From assembly GCA_002498985.1 (NCBI GenBank), contig DAJO01000037.1:3356-67355 (forward strand): DNA of 64,000 bases, read 5' to 3'. Position numbers and translations under genes: made by a program. This stretch comes from Euryarchaeota archaeon UBA257. GTDB taxonomy: Archaea; Thermoplasmatota; Poseidoniia; Poseidoniales; Thalassarchaeaceae. The notes under the pieces are model-generated. The model worked only from the letters and a program-made list of their open reading frames with translations. It did no database searches and was not told the origin of the DNA. Positions 17,301 through 28,900 of the stretch are shown here, piece after piece (positions within the stretch are counted from its first letter, which is position 1; each line of letters begins with the position of its first letter).

Positions 17301-18575
17301 AGCAGGTGCAGGTCCAGAAGTAGATAATTCACCTACTTGAACTGGAGTTCTTGCAGTATCAGTAATTGTATTATATTCGGCAATAACATCAAAGGAACCT
17401 GTCAACCAAAGTCCATTCCAACCACCTATTGGTCCAATCTCATTATTGTGAATATGAGCCTTACTTGATTGTACAGTAATTCCTGAACGATCTGCTACTC
17501 CTGAAATTTGATTATTATGTAATTCAGCATCACCGCCGTCATAAACAGTGATTCCAGAACCCTCATCCGTATTTATTTCATTATTCCCTACTTCAAACGT
17601 ATATGCGACTCCTTGTATCGCTTTGACACCATTGATATCTATTCCATTACAATTCACATTTATGTCAGAGTTAGTAAGAAGACCTGAAGAACTCACAAAC
17701 GCAAATCCATAATCGCCAGTATTTACAGTAGCATCATTAATTTCTATGAATGTTTCTTGAGCCCATAATGTTGGACGGCCACCATCATTATTTCCACAGC
17801 CATTGTCGGTTCCAATAAAGAATGGAGAATTCATCTTAAGAGGAGTGATTTGTGTACCTGAACCATAAATTTGAACCGCTGAACCACCTACTCCACTTTT
17901 CCCATCATTTCCTGCAACATAAGTGCCCCCCTCAAATATTGGTTGAGCAAGATTAGTTGTTAATACACTGCTTGTATTGATATTGCTAAATCTCATTTGA
18001 GTTAAGGTGGGAGATGCTCCATCAATTACCATAGCCCCATATCGCCATCTGTTAATTGAATCAATGTAGTAAGGAATTCCCCAAGCATCATCTATTGTAA
18101 TATGCCTAAAGCCTGTTTCAGATAAATCAATAGAACTTCGAATTAGCACTCCCTCGAAGCAAGAAGCATCTTCAACCTGTATTTCTTGAGTACCTTGTTT
18201 CATACCTTTACACTCTCCAATTTCACTAGCATTGGAAGGATCAGTCCATCGGAAAGTGATTTTATTTGCCAAACTTGCATCGCCGGAGGAACCACAAGAA
18301 CTAGAACCAGCGCATAGATTTCCTCTTACATCAAGATATGTCCCATTTGGGAAAATAACAGTAGTTCCTGGTTGAATAATTAACTTAGCACCGGATGCGA
18401 TTGTAATGTCTCCGGTTAACTGATGAGTTCCTGACCATGTTTCTGAAGTTATAATAGTTCCAGAAGTAGTTTCATTATTAGCCATTACAGGGCTTGCAGG
18501 CCCTACTAGAGCGATTAACACGCTAGATAACATGAGAAATACTAGGAAGGAACTTCTTACTCGGCGCTTGGACAT
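14346..18575 (-). CDS. large cell-surface protein: parallel beta-helix + Ig-like repeats, C-terminal TM anchor
   Basis: Signal peptide, right-handed beta-helix repeats (HIHNNEIG, LHNNQISG), Ig-like modules (PVISVSTPSDG...GTAYD; PFVSLLTPMDG...GVARDNDG), then a TM helix and acidic tail. Confidence 0.85.
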   Translation of the reverse strand: MSKRRVRSSFLVFLMLSSVLIALVGPASPVMANNETTSGTIITSETWSGTHQLTGDITIASGAKLIIQPGTTVIFPNGTYLDVRGNLCAGSSSCGSSGDASLANKITFRWTDPSNASEIGECKGMKQGTQEIQVEDASCFEGVLIRSSIDLSETGFRHITIDDAWGIPYYIDSINRWRYGAMVIDGASPTLTQMRFSNINTSSVLTTNLAQPIFEGGTYVAGNDGKSGVGGSAVQIYGSGTQITPLKMNSPFFIGTDNGCGNNDGGRPTLWAQETFIEINDATVNTGDYGFAFVSSSGLLTNSDINVNCNGIDINGVKAIQGVAYTFEVGNNEINTDEGSGITVYDGGDAELHNNQISGVADRSGITVQSSKAHIHNNEIGPIGGWNGLWLTGSFDVIAEYNTITDTARTPVQVGELSTSGPAPAASRLHFTNNTVSVNSPGTCSSFKYWGGEYTCPAVSVFRSGVTLYDNEFSLGGDADGIRAIGGLMDVQRNLFNTPGTGAVIRNYDSGFANTQQYGSLGFFSLNTWNGIETAYNITKSSVTVQSEFIPSASPGEYPVILDWPDQEAWPANGFQGAIIPTPISECSSCDNLTPRNFPLAVNMDNNSTVFTFANLSNVDTSKIFIKSQPTQFAVQVRRAEMVRFQTLVDGMKVDNANVLIEDALGNDLYSLYTDEDGYTPWFALASDSHLDFRGLAGGDNPDGFADDEYEDSCSDGIDNDGDLTIDNNDDDCDYSAGTRELSRYYYTAYKFGFGYDRNDFIIQDTTYQDVINLVNTGPSISVIQETGHSFRKVVNFTGSAHDGQLAGFYATDELAQWDQKGYIHSVEVRDPFTSEWTSAGLAVDDSGAEPGTVTRFNHPFNSWYFSFDMSGYQETDYTFEFRSFDGIDYSPIITRTIKLNAAPPVISVSTPSDGSTWSDGTVTFEGTAYDQYGCPIACSQDVGEIYFYISGPNFEGTTPTTGGADWSWTWDFSGQPRVVSEYTFTIWASDSDFCLSVIDECEPVTMTLTIDNSNSAPFVSLLTPMDGERLSVSDNTIEGVARDNDGSVSRVDITVRDIFNGDIIVHQQSVSDFETNGAWSTTWDPTILQHDFEYEIDVRSYDGYDYSDMTTISIIADNPSDAGNNQPVFNSENWMQEITLYCEIESQSQDRCTKAEIDLNQFFTEIDNGQDLILSVFDSEATSDDNFALVINVGQDGIAVYDPISMFFYDSDMDAWTLENVIFVATDPFGSKEISLDVTFTVIPISFQIDVPDVTVVKDGESVTFSGVGLPGKTVTALINKVPANNTVVNSDSTWSLDIPSSRFDEGPVTPDFRYVGSDYSSGVQISVGAADDGMSSLMIGIISIVILALLGAVFVYFFVEIEDDGDDENDDISSIDSTENMDSKVEESTDGWIWDEESNEWIEDPNY

Positions 18576-18673
18576 GTTTTACCGTATTATGTATCATTTA
18601 TCAATGCTAGAGTTACATTTGAGACTAATGTATCAACAAAGCGTATTTGTATCAATTTCAAATATTGGAAAAA

Positions 18674-19912
18674 TTATTCCACATTAAAAGTAAAAGAGAT
18701 TTCCTGAGACCACTTGACTAAGTCCAAAGTGCCATAACCTGAATGGGAATTATGATTAGCAGATTCAAAGTTACTCCTATCGGAAGACCTTGCTAATGCA
18801 TGTTTGACAAGTTTCATTTCATCCTCATCAATATAGCCATCCGAACCTTCAATGGAATCCCCGCATTGTTGAATAATCAATGCCAAAGCTCCTGTAACAA
18901 ATACTGTGGAATCACTCGTCCCAGAAGAGTAAGCATATGGTGATGACAATGTGCTTGAGGCTGTAGAGAAGATATTAACTCCTGGAGCCACAACTTCTGG
19001 TTTTTGATTAGGGAAATCTCTTTCATCTCCTGTTACTGGATCAATCGATGAACCAAAGGCACTGCTACCCCATACATATCCAGATTTAGATATGGCTCCA
19101 ACCGAAATTACTCCCGGAAGGCTGGAAGGTTGAGAAACATCATTTATGTCTAAATCAAGCCCAGTATTTCCTGCGGCTGCTACAACGAAAATCCCTGAAT
19201 CTAATGCTTCTTGAACTGCTAGGTTAGTTTGGGAATCAATATTTGAAGTGAAATCACTAGGAGATCCGCCAAGGCTCAATGAAATAATATCTACTTTCTG
19301 AGTAATTCTACACCACCTAATAGCCTGTGCGACTCGATCGGTTGAACCAGATGTGCCTTCTGAATCCAATGCTAAAGCAACTGACAAACCTACTTCTGGA
19401 GCAACCCCCCTAAAAGTACCATTAGATATCAAGATTCCAGCCATTAATGTCCCATGTGAACTTTCACCGACGTCTCTAACTAACTCATGATTACCCCCTA
19501 CAAAATCTCTGAATCCTAATAATTGTTGATGAGAAAAATCAGGATGACTCATATCAATCCCAGTATCTACAATACAGACATGTACTCCTTGGCCAAAATA
19601 TCCTTCTGATTGTAATTGCCTGATTCCTGTATCTTCGTATGCCCATTCGGAGTCAGGAAGAATTGGTATGAGATATGAGTTAACCCATGGCCAACCAGCA
19701 ATTAACAATAGAGTCAATAAAGAGAAAAAAATAGCACCGGTAGGAGTTTCTGACTTTCTCATGGGACCCAGGGGCCAACGAAGCTGTTTGGCTTCCTCGT
19801 CAGTAAGGCCATAATCATCCCCAGAGTAGCCTAATGCTTGATTATCAATCGTAGTTAGGATACGGTGATCTTCGGGCTCAGGAAGTAAATCAAGATTCTC
19901 TAAAGACCTCAT
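18674..19912 (-). CDS. membrane-anchored subtilisin-like serine peptidase (S8)
   Basis: VCIVDTGID (Asp), HGTLMAG (His), AAAGN (oxyanion Asn), SGTSDS (Ser), and an N-terminal TM helix. Confidence 0.92.
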   Translation of the reverse strand: MRSLENLDLLPEPEDHRILTTIDNQALGYSGDDYGLTDEEAKQLRWPLGPMRKSETPTGAIFFSLLTLLLIAGWPWVNSYLIPILPDSEWAYEDTGIRQLQSEGYFGQGVHVCIVDTGIDMSHPDFSHQQLLGFRDFVGGNHELVRDVGESSHGTLMAGILISNGTFRGVAPEVGLSVALALDSEGTSGSTDRVAQAIRWCRITQKVDIISLSLGGSPSDFTSNIDSQTNLAVQEALDSGIFVVAAAGNTGLDLDINDVSQPSSLPGVISVGAISKSGYVWGSSAFGSSIDPVTGDERDFPNQKPEVVAPGVNIFSTASSTLSSPYAYSSGTSDSTVFVTGALALIIQQCGDSIEGSDGYIDEDEMKLVKHALARSSDRSNFESANHNSHSGYGTLDLVKWSQEISFTFNVE

Positions 19913-19990
19913 GAAAAGTTACCACCTAACTTGAGGGTATAGATTCAGTATAAGAATCCCTGTTCCTAAAGCCCGCTAATCATCTCAATA

Positions 19991-22900
19991 TCAGAAAGGT
20001 GCGCCTGGACGGCGGCCAGAACGACCTTTGGTCAAATAAAGGCCGATTATCACTAATCCAATAATTAGGATATAAGCAATAATGTCTGTATTTTCATCAT
20101 CATCAACACTTGGTGACCTGACATCTACATTCATGACTCCCTGCTCTACACCATCACTAATGTGCCACGAGCCATCATCAATATTTTCTTCATCAAATCC
20201 AGTTGAGTTTATATCAAGCATGATATAATATTGATCAACTTGAATATCAGATAAATCAAACAAGAAACTGAACTGAGTAGATGATTCAGCAGATATATCC
20301 ATTGTCGTCGTAGCATTGACAGAAGTTGGAGAATTACAATCTACATCCCTACAAAGTTGAGCATTAAGTTGCACATTTTCAGCATCAACTAATCCACTAT
20401 TAGATATTGTAGCGATATATGTTATTTGGCCACCAGCTTCTGGTTCTCCGCCTCCCAATGCTTGAATTCCTTCAATCTTCAATACAGGTTCAGAACTTCG
20501 GACCTTAATTTCAATAGTATCGTATGAGTTTCCGGCTTTATCTGTCACTGAAACATAAATTAAGAACTCTTCATTCGGCATTGCGTCGCTTGGGGAAACA
20601 ACAGTCACACTATGAGAAGTACTGACGAAACTACCGATTGTGTGTGAAGTTGGACCTGTCCTACTCCAACCATCGGGCAATTCTGAATCGTCAAACTCAA
20701 ACTCATATTTTTCATCGCCATTTCCAGCATTTGTAAACTCTATTGGTATAGTAATTAATTCTCCTGGAGAGACTCCGTATACTTCAGACATAGGATTAGT
20801 AAGTTCGAAACCATGTATTTGAGGGACTCTGACTATCAAATCATGTGAAGCCAGATAACCATCTAGAGTTGAAATACTAATCGTAATCTTATGTCCGTCT
20901 TCGAAAGAATGTGCTACAGATTGATTAGGTGCGATTACACGGATATTCAAATTATCGAAATCAACGCTGTTGTCTAAACCTACTTCAAATTGCGTTGAAG
21001 TTGTCCAGTTTCCTGTACCGTTATGGAATTGAACTGTCCATTCAGAACTATCAGTTCCAGAAACAATACCTCCAACGGTAAATACATCATATGATTCATG
21101 ACCGAGGTAATCTACAGCGAGAGTGAAATCTACTGGGAAAAATCCATTTATTCCATCAACTTCTAATGAAACATCACCCAATGATCCAACATAATTTTCG
21201 TGACCTGAGGTTTCATTCAGTGTAGTAATTTCAATTTCGTGATTTGAAACTCTATTGAATAATAGGTCGATAGTTGTATTGAGACCTGGATAGACATCAA
21301 AGCCTCTTCCTGCAGTAAACTCCATGGTTAATCCTCTTTGCTCTACTTCAAAGTCGCCAGAAAATTGAACATTACCATTAGGAAGTAAAAGATTAAGATT
21401 TCCGGTTTCATCCACGCTTTGTATCCATTTCATTCCGAATCCAACATCGACTAATAAATTCGCATCTGAAATGTCTCCTAGATTACGTGAGTTACCGTCA
21501 TAATCTAACCATTCTGTTTGAACCTCAAGAATACCTCCACTAGTTAGTTCCATATCTAAATTATTTGAATTACCAGTAACATCAACATCCAATAGACCCA
21601 TTATTATCAAGTCCTGACTCGGTACGCTAGCACTTACTATCCATAGACCTGGTTCCAGTTCCGTAGACCAGCTTCCAGACCAATCATCATTGATTTCAAT
21701 TGCTACTGTATCTCTAACTAGACCCTCAGTAGGCATTATCATTAATTCGATATCTTCGACAGGAATACTGGAAATACCAAGTGCATAGGTAATATTTCCA
21801 TAAACATCAACTAGACCTGCAACTAATTCCAATTGCACATCATTAGGAGAGTCTGAAACAGATATACTTTCATTAATGCTTTCAAACCCATCATAAATAG
21901 TTTCAATTTGCCAGCTTGTATTGTATGGTACAAATAATTCCCATTCTCCTGTATTGTCCGTTGAAATTGAATGTTCGTTTGAATCAGATGTAGTTGTAAA
22001 CATCATCTGAACATCAGAAATTCCTTCACCTACATTAGAAGCATTGTTGTTATTCAAATCCCAGAAAACTGTTCCAGTTAAAGCAACATAAAGATTTGCA
22101 GTTAAATCAACATGATTTTCTCCCACTGAAATAGTAACGGGATAACTTTCTACAACCCATCTCTTTCCATCTTCAGTGTAGTTAAGAGAAATTAACCAAT
22201 CTCCCTCTACTACATCAACAGTAGTTAATCCACTGCTATTTGTCGCCTCGATACTGAAAGAACCTAGGTCACTTGCAGACTCCATTAACAAACTAACTCC
22301 TGACAAAGGAGAGCTAGTAGAATCTTCTGATACATTGAATGAAATCTCTGCGAGTTGACTAGTAGAGAATGTTAAACTTTCAGAAGTGATGTCAGATGAT
22401 ACTGAAATCAAATCTCTTAACCCTTCTTTAATATCATTATTTACTATCTCTGTAGTAGCAATCCAATCACCCTGAGGGAAGAAATCAATAATACTTCCAT
22501 TAGAATCGGTAGTTCGAGAAAGAACCCAGCCATTTTCAACATTAGTGAATCTAACTAATTGTTCAGACAAATCACCACCACTTTCATTGGTAAATGACAT
22601 TTCTACTCTCCATTCAGGATCAAATCCAATACTTCTTGTAATATCTGTTGAGTCAATTCCTACTCTGACATCAACATCTCCACTCATTATTCTAGTTCCG
22701 AATAAATCTCCGGAGTTAGGATCAGCAATATCTACAGATATCCTGTAAATTCCTGCCTCTACTGTGACTTGGGCAATCCCTTCGTCAGTCCAATCACTTG
22801 AAGTGGAATTGATATGGTAGTCAATTCCATCAACTAAAGATAGTAAACTGAAATCATAAGTTACTGGAGTACCGTTAGACATATTATTATCTGCAGAATT

Positions 22901-25900
22901 GTCTAGGAAGAAATCAATAGTTAATATTGAATCATCTGGATAGATTATTACTTCAATAGTATTATTGTTATTATCTACATTCGTAGTATTGGTACCTGAA
23001 GTAATTTCATCTGACAAAACTGTGAATTCCCATTCACCCTTAGGTAAAACCATAGTAAAGAAACCACCATCATCTGTTTCTGAGCGCCATGTGACATCAT
23101 ATTCATCACTCTGTGCTATTACTGTAACAGGTTCCCAACCACCAATCTCTGAATTGAATAGGTTGTTTTCTCGATTGACACTTACTGCTCCATCAATTGC
23201 TTGCCCTGGGCGAGCAACCATCGTGATCTTATCCATATTTTCTTCAACTGTAAACTTCGTTCCATTTACTAACTTCAAATCTACACCTAATTGAGCAATT
23301 GCATCAACTTCAGAGCCTACAGGCAAAACAATACTGAATGTACCATCTGATGAAGTTTCAACTGTTGTACTAAAATCATCCCAATAGAAATCAATAGATA
23401 CGAACTCTAATGTTTTATCTGTATCGATAGTATCTGATTGAATATTTTCATCATAATATAGAGTACCATTTACAGTCTGACTTGTATAGAAACTAAATGT
23501 GTCTGTAAAATCAGAATTTGCTATAACTTCAATTTCTTCCCATAATTGTTCGGTTGCGGACAATGTGTAGTTTAAAATCCAAGTCCCAGGAGTTAACTCG
23601 ACATAATAATGACCCGATAAATTATCATATTCCGAATCTACTGGAGATCCTGAACCATTTTTCTGATTAAAGGTTAAATCAAGTCCTTCTACAAGATTAT
23701 CTGTGCCATTATCTGAATTAATTAATTGGAATGTAAGATCCGTAGTAAGGGGCATTGGAGAGGGAAGAATAATTGATGATTCCGTGTTAGAATCTACTGT
23801 GAACTCCAACGAAGTTTCGGGGAAATTATCTCCATCAATATCGATTGATGCAATGTATGAACCCGGCATAATTGGGCCGAACTCAATCTTAGAACCAGTA
23901 AGTAAATCATTTTCATAAGTTAATTCAGGATGAATATTGCACGGCGCATATTTTACAACTTCACAATCACCAATATTTTCTACATCTGAAGAACCGTCAG
24001 CGGATTCAAGAAGAACATGAGAATCAAGATAGTTCCCCGATTCGTCTATCAATATTCCTGAAATTAATCCACCATTGATATCTATATCTGTTGGGGTGCC
24101 AGAAATAGTTTGAGAGATGAAGAATCCATCATCAATTTCTACACGTGTATCGTCGCTGAAAATTACTGCAACATCATAAGAACCAGGAATTGCATCTACT
24201 ACATGGAATGTACCAGGCTGAACCATTACGCCACTGAATATCCCCATTCCAGAGAATGAGCCTGTCGCGTTGATTGTACCATAACTACTCAAATTTTTAT
24301 TAGATGTATCTGTTGAAAATACTCCTGAACCAATTAGAGTTGATTGTACTAGCTTTTGTGTAAATGATGCAACTCCATCTGCTGTGAAAAGTCCGCTTGC
24401 ATTTACAATTCCATCGAGAAGGTATTTCCCATCAGATTGCATGCACAAACTATTATTTTCAGGCATGGTTTCATTAACATCACAATCAATAATATTCTCA
24501 AAATCATCATTGATAATTCCGTCAATAATTCCTTTACCTGCAAATTCACCTTCTCCAGTTATGCTGTAGTTATTGAATATGGTTTGAGTGTAATTTCCAG
24601 TGAAATCAGAAATTGTCGCTATAGTTGATGTAATCACATCACCTTCTCCAGTAAAGGTAACCTCACCAGTACCATCAAACCTCAAATCATCACCCATTAT
24701 CGAACCATTTGATGTTGAAATCAGATATGGTGATGTCACTATAGAATCCCATGAAGGTGAAAGTTCAATAGTAGCATCTTCAAGAGAGTTACCAGAAAAT
24801 ACTTCTGAACCAGACCAAACTAGTCTTCCTATCGAGGAAGCTGGGCTGACAGAAATAGAAACTGGGATAATTGATTCGCCGTTACTGTGACCATCATCTC
24901 CAGAAATATTCACTATGGTTTCTGAAAGCCAAGTTGAACCCGACACATTGCCCAATATACCAGTAATTGGATTTAGAGCACGTACACCTGTAGTTTCAGT
25001 CTCGAAAATATCTCCCAAAGACTGCCCTACATTTGAGGTCATTATTTGAGTTCTTGCTGCTTCAAGATCGGATTCTCCATAAAATGCAGAAACGCGAATC
25101 TTCCCAGAAGGTGCTAAGAAACTGAAATCACCGTTTGAATCTGCGTCTGCAGTTCCTATTGGAATCCAGTAAGTTCTTTGATCCCTATCTGTAACCTGTC
25201 CATCTATTTCTACTTCATCACCACTAAATGCATCTCTTTCAATCAGAAGTCTAGCATTAGGCACAGGACCTATTCCCTCTAGTTCCACTGTTCCTTCAAT
25301 AGTGGCACCACTGTAATATTTCATGACTTTGACTTGGGTATTAGCACTACCTATACCCAAATTTTCACATTCTGAATCTAATTGAGTACCGTTCTCATCA
25401 GTTTCACAGTCAGGAGTATACCAATTTGAAAGAACTAGGTGATTCATCATAGCACCTGGGAGAGGATATGCATTCTCTAGGTATGAACCAGGGGCACCGG
25501 AGGTGTAGAAATGAGGTGCTGGTTGTTCTGCTTCACCAGGTAAACCTAAGGTAGAGCTTCCATATCCTACATAAATTCTAGCAACCATAGTGTCGAAGAA
25601 CTCAGGCTGGTGTTGGTAGTCGATATCAACCATTCTAATCATTTCATTTACATCTGTTAATGCACCAGATTGTTGGCGAATAACATCGTTTAGATATTCA
25701 CTTTCATATTCTTCTCCAGTTCGAGGAATAATGGGGCCATCCCCTCTCTGTGTTTGATAAACGGATGAGATGTAAGTTTCAGTATCTAAACCAGAAAGTG
25801 AAGTAGGTGCATGGAAAATTCCAGTAGTTTGACCTTGGTGATAACCATAGTCTTCGTAATACTGGCCGCCTAGAGGATAGAGACGATTATCAACTGCGAA

Positions 25901-28900
25901 ATATCTAATTTCATTGTTTCTAGAAATTGTTTCTCCAAGAACTCCTTCGTAATCTTGGACATCATACACAAGTTTAGTTGACATATCATGGTATAAATCG
26001 TTAATTTCTTCGGAATTGAAAATCTCTAACAGTAAAGCACGGCTTAATGCTAACTTTGCATTAACTCTGTGCAATCCAGTAGATACATCGTCAAAGTCTT
26101 CAATCAAATCAGGAGTATATCTGTATCCAGAAATATCGTAATACTGGATTATTAATTCGCCTTTGTTTGCGCCTTTTTCATATCTATCTAATTCTGAAAC
26201 TGAGTTTCTAGCATCATTAAAGCTATCAATTGCTGATTCTTCGTTAGATAATCCATCAACTATTATCTCCCCATCTTCTAAAATAACCCAAACTTCGGAT
26301 TCACTAGGTAGGCCGTTAGATTCTAAATGGAATCCACGTAATAATTCATGTTCACCATCTACTGCTACTACAGACATAGAACGATCAAGTACTATTTTTG
26401 AATCACCCGTACCAAGACTCATAATTTTATCAAATTCACTTAATTGTGAATCGTCCATATGCCCGTCCAAGAGTAAATTTCTGAAATCATCAGTAAATCC
26501 AGATGGAGCATTCGACCTTCGATCCCCTTGGGCTAAAGTAGTAATGAATAGGGAAACAGTATCTTCTTGACTAGCAGAAAGTAACATAGCACCGCTATTA
26601 GGTATCCCAGACTGGAAGTTGTCTGCTACCGTAGGGTGCTCACCCTGAGCAAGTGCCTGGAAACCATAATCCCACCATGATACGAAAGCGGGACGTTCAG
26701 AAAAGCTGACTTCAGTATCTTGTTCAGATAACCATTCATAAGCTAAATTCCATGAACCTGAATTAAAACCTGGTCCGAATGTTCCCATATACCATAAGTC
26801 ACCGTTAGCATCATAGTTCTCGCTATTCAATAATGAAAATCCTAGAACTTCCTGTCTGAAGATATCAGGAGTTATATCATGAATTGTTTGATCGACATCG
26901 GACGCAGACTGTTCACCGCGAGGAATTCCTGAATCAATTCCATATGTCATGTGCTGAGAACAAACCAGCATCAACACCATCATCAAAGCAGGAACTCCTG
27001 GGTGCCTCCTCGACGCTTTCCAGTTGGCCCAGAAACGTGACCTTGGTGTTGAAATACCAGACTTTCTCCATTCTTTGAGGAATCCTGAGAAGTTAGCATA
27101 ATTCCACATCATAGCGATACCAATTCCTCCAACTACCGAGATTGCAGGAGTTGCGTTGAAAATGAATCTTCCAGCTGACCAAGCCATGTAAATAGCAATT
27201 AAAACCCATAGCCCTAGCAGAATATGGCTCTGTTTTTCTTTTCTTGCACCTCTCCATAGTAACATTACAGCAACAAATATTGCAATAAGTGAAACTATTG
27301 GACCATAAGATGCGAATAAAACACCTCTACTAGGTGCCTGGGCCTCTCCAATGGTTCCGAATATTTTATTCTTTGAGAAATAGAATCCTCCGGTGAATAA
27401 AACATCCCATCCATCATAGATGTTTGCCTGTTGTAAAACATATAATATAGCCAAAATTGACCCCATTAATACAGCAGTGCTGCCTAGAACCAATAACCAA
27501 GGTTTATCGCGATAGGATGAAGAAACCCAACCCAAAGCTAGCGTGAAACCAATAATGTAAAACATAGGTTGGAATCCACTAGGATCGAACAATAAACTTA
27601 GTCCAGGCCAGCAATAGAAAGGTAATGGGATTACAAATGCAGTAAGCATCATTTGCAAAGATGCTGCAGTAATTGGAAGGCTGTCCCTTCTACGGAACAT
27701 ATTGAAAAATATCTGGAATGCAAAAGCAATGAATAAAATTCCAGGACCATAAACGAAACCTTTCCACCCTAAAGCTACAACAGCGAAAGATACACCAGAC
27801 AAAGTAGCATTAGACATAACTACAGGATTTGTAGACCACATTTGCCTTATACCAGCAATAATGTAGAGCGGGCTTAGACTTGGTGTTTTGAATAATCTTT
27901 CATTCTTCAGTTCATCCATGGCCTTGACCCAATAGTAAAATGCGATTGCTAAGAACAGCATTGCGAATGCGTCGTGATCGGCAAGTCCGAATGTCGAATG
28001 GCCGATATGACCGGGCATTAATGCGATTAACCAGGCTGCAACTATTCCCGCCATATTACTGTGCAATTTTCTAGCAAGACCAGCAATTGGTAACACGATT
28101 AATGCTCCAAAAATTGCAGGTAAAGAGGCTACGCTCCACCACACAGAGGTTTCCAAAGACATTCCAGATAACCAAGAAAGGAAAAGTCCTCCAAGTGCTA
28201 AAGACCACGAGAATAGTGGTGGTCTAGGATTGATTGCTACCATCGGGTAAGCTCTATCTGCGTCAATAATCAGATGGCTCTTTTGGTATACAACATAATC
28301 TACTACACGTTTCATGTACCATGGATCAGACCCTCCTGACATATCCCATAGTCCAGTACCAGATGCATTCATAGCAGGTAGAACATTCCAACCTGTTCGA
28401 ACTGCTAAACCAATAATTAGTGCTGAACCTACCATAATACCGTAAGAGTTTTGATTCCACCATTTACGGAAATCTGAATGTTCTCTACGTGGAGATATAT
28501 CTCCAAACATACCACGGCCAGCTACCATCATTGCCCCCACATTAAGCCAGAAAACTAGCAAGAACCAGGTAAACATACTGACATTATCTTCACCATTCAA
28601 AGTTGAAAGTGGTAAATCATTTCCAATCTCTGCTAAATGAGCCAAAGTATACATTAACCAATTTAGAGCAACAACTGTACCCAATACGTGCCATCTTTCT
28701 GAATTACAAAAAGAAACGAAAAGAACTACTATTGAAGTAAATAATGCCCAAACTGAGCCCAAGTAATAATGATTATTATATGATGTAACATCATCTATGG
28801 TGCTCAGCCAAATTAATGGAATTAAGTTGATTAAAAATATAATTCCAGCAGTGATTAAACCGGCTTGAGGCATTACAGACGGGATATCTCGGAACCATGG

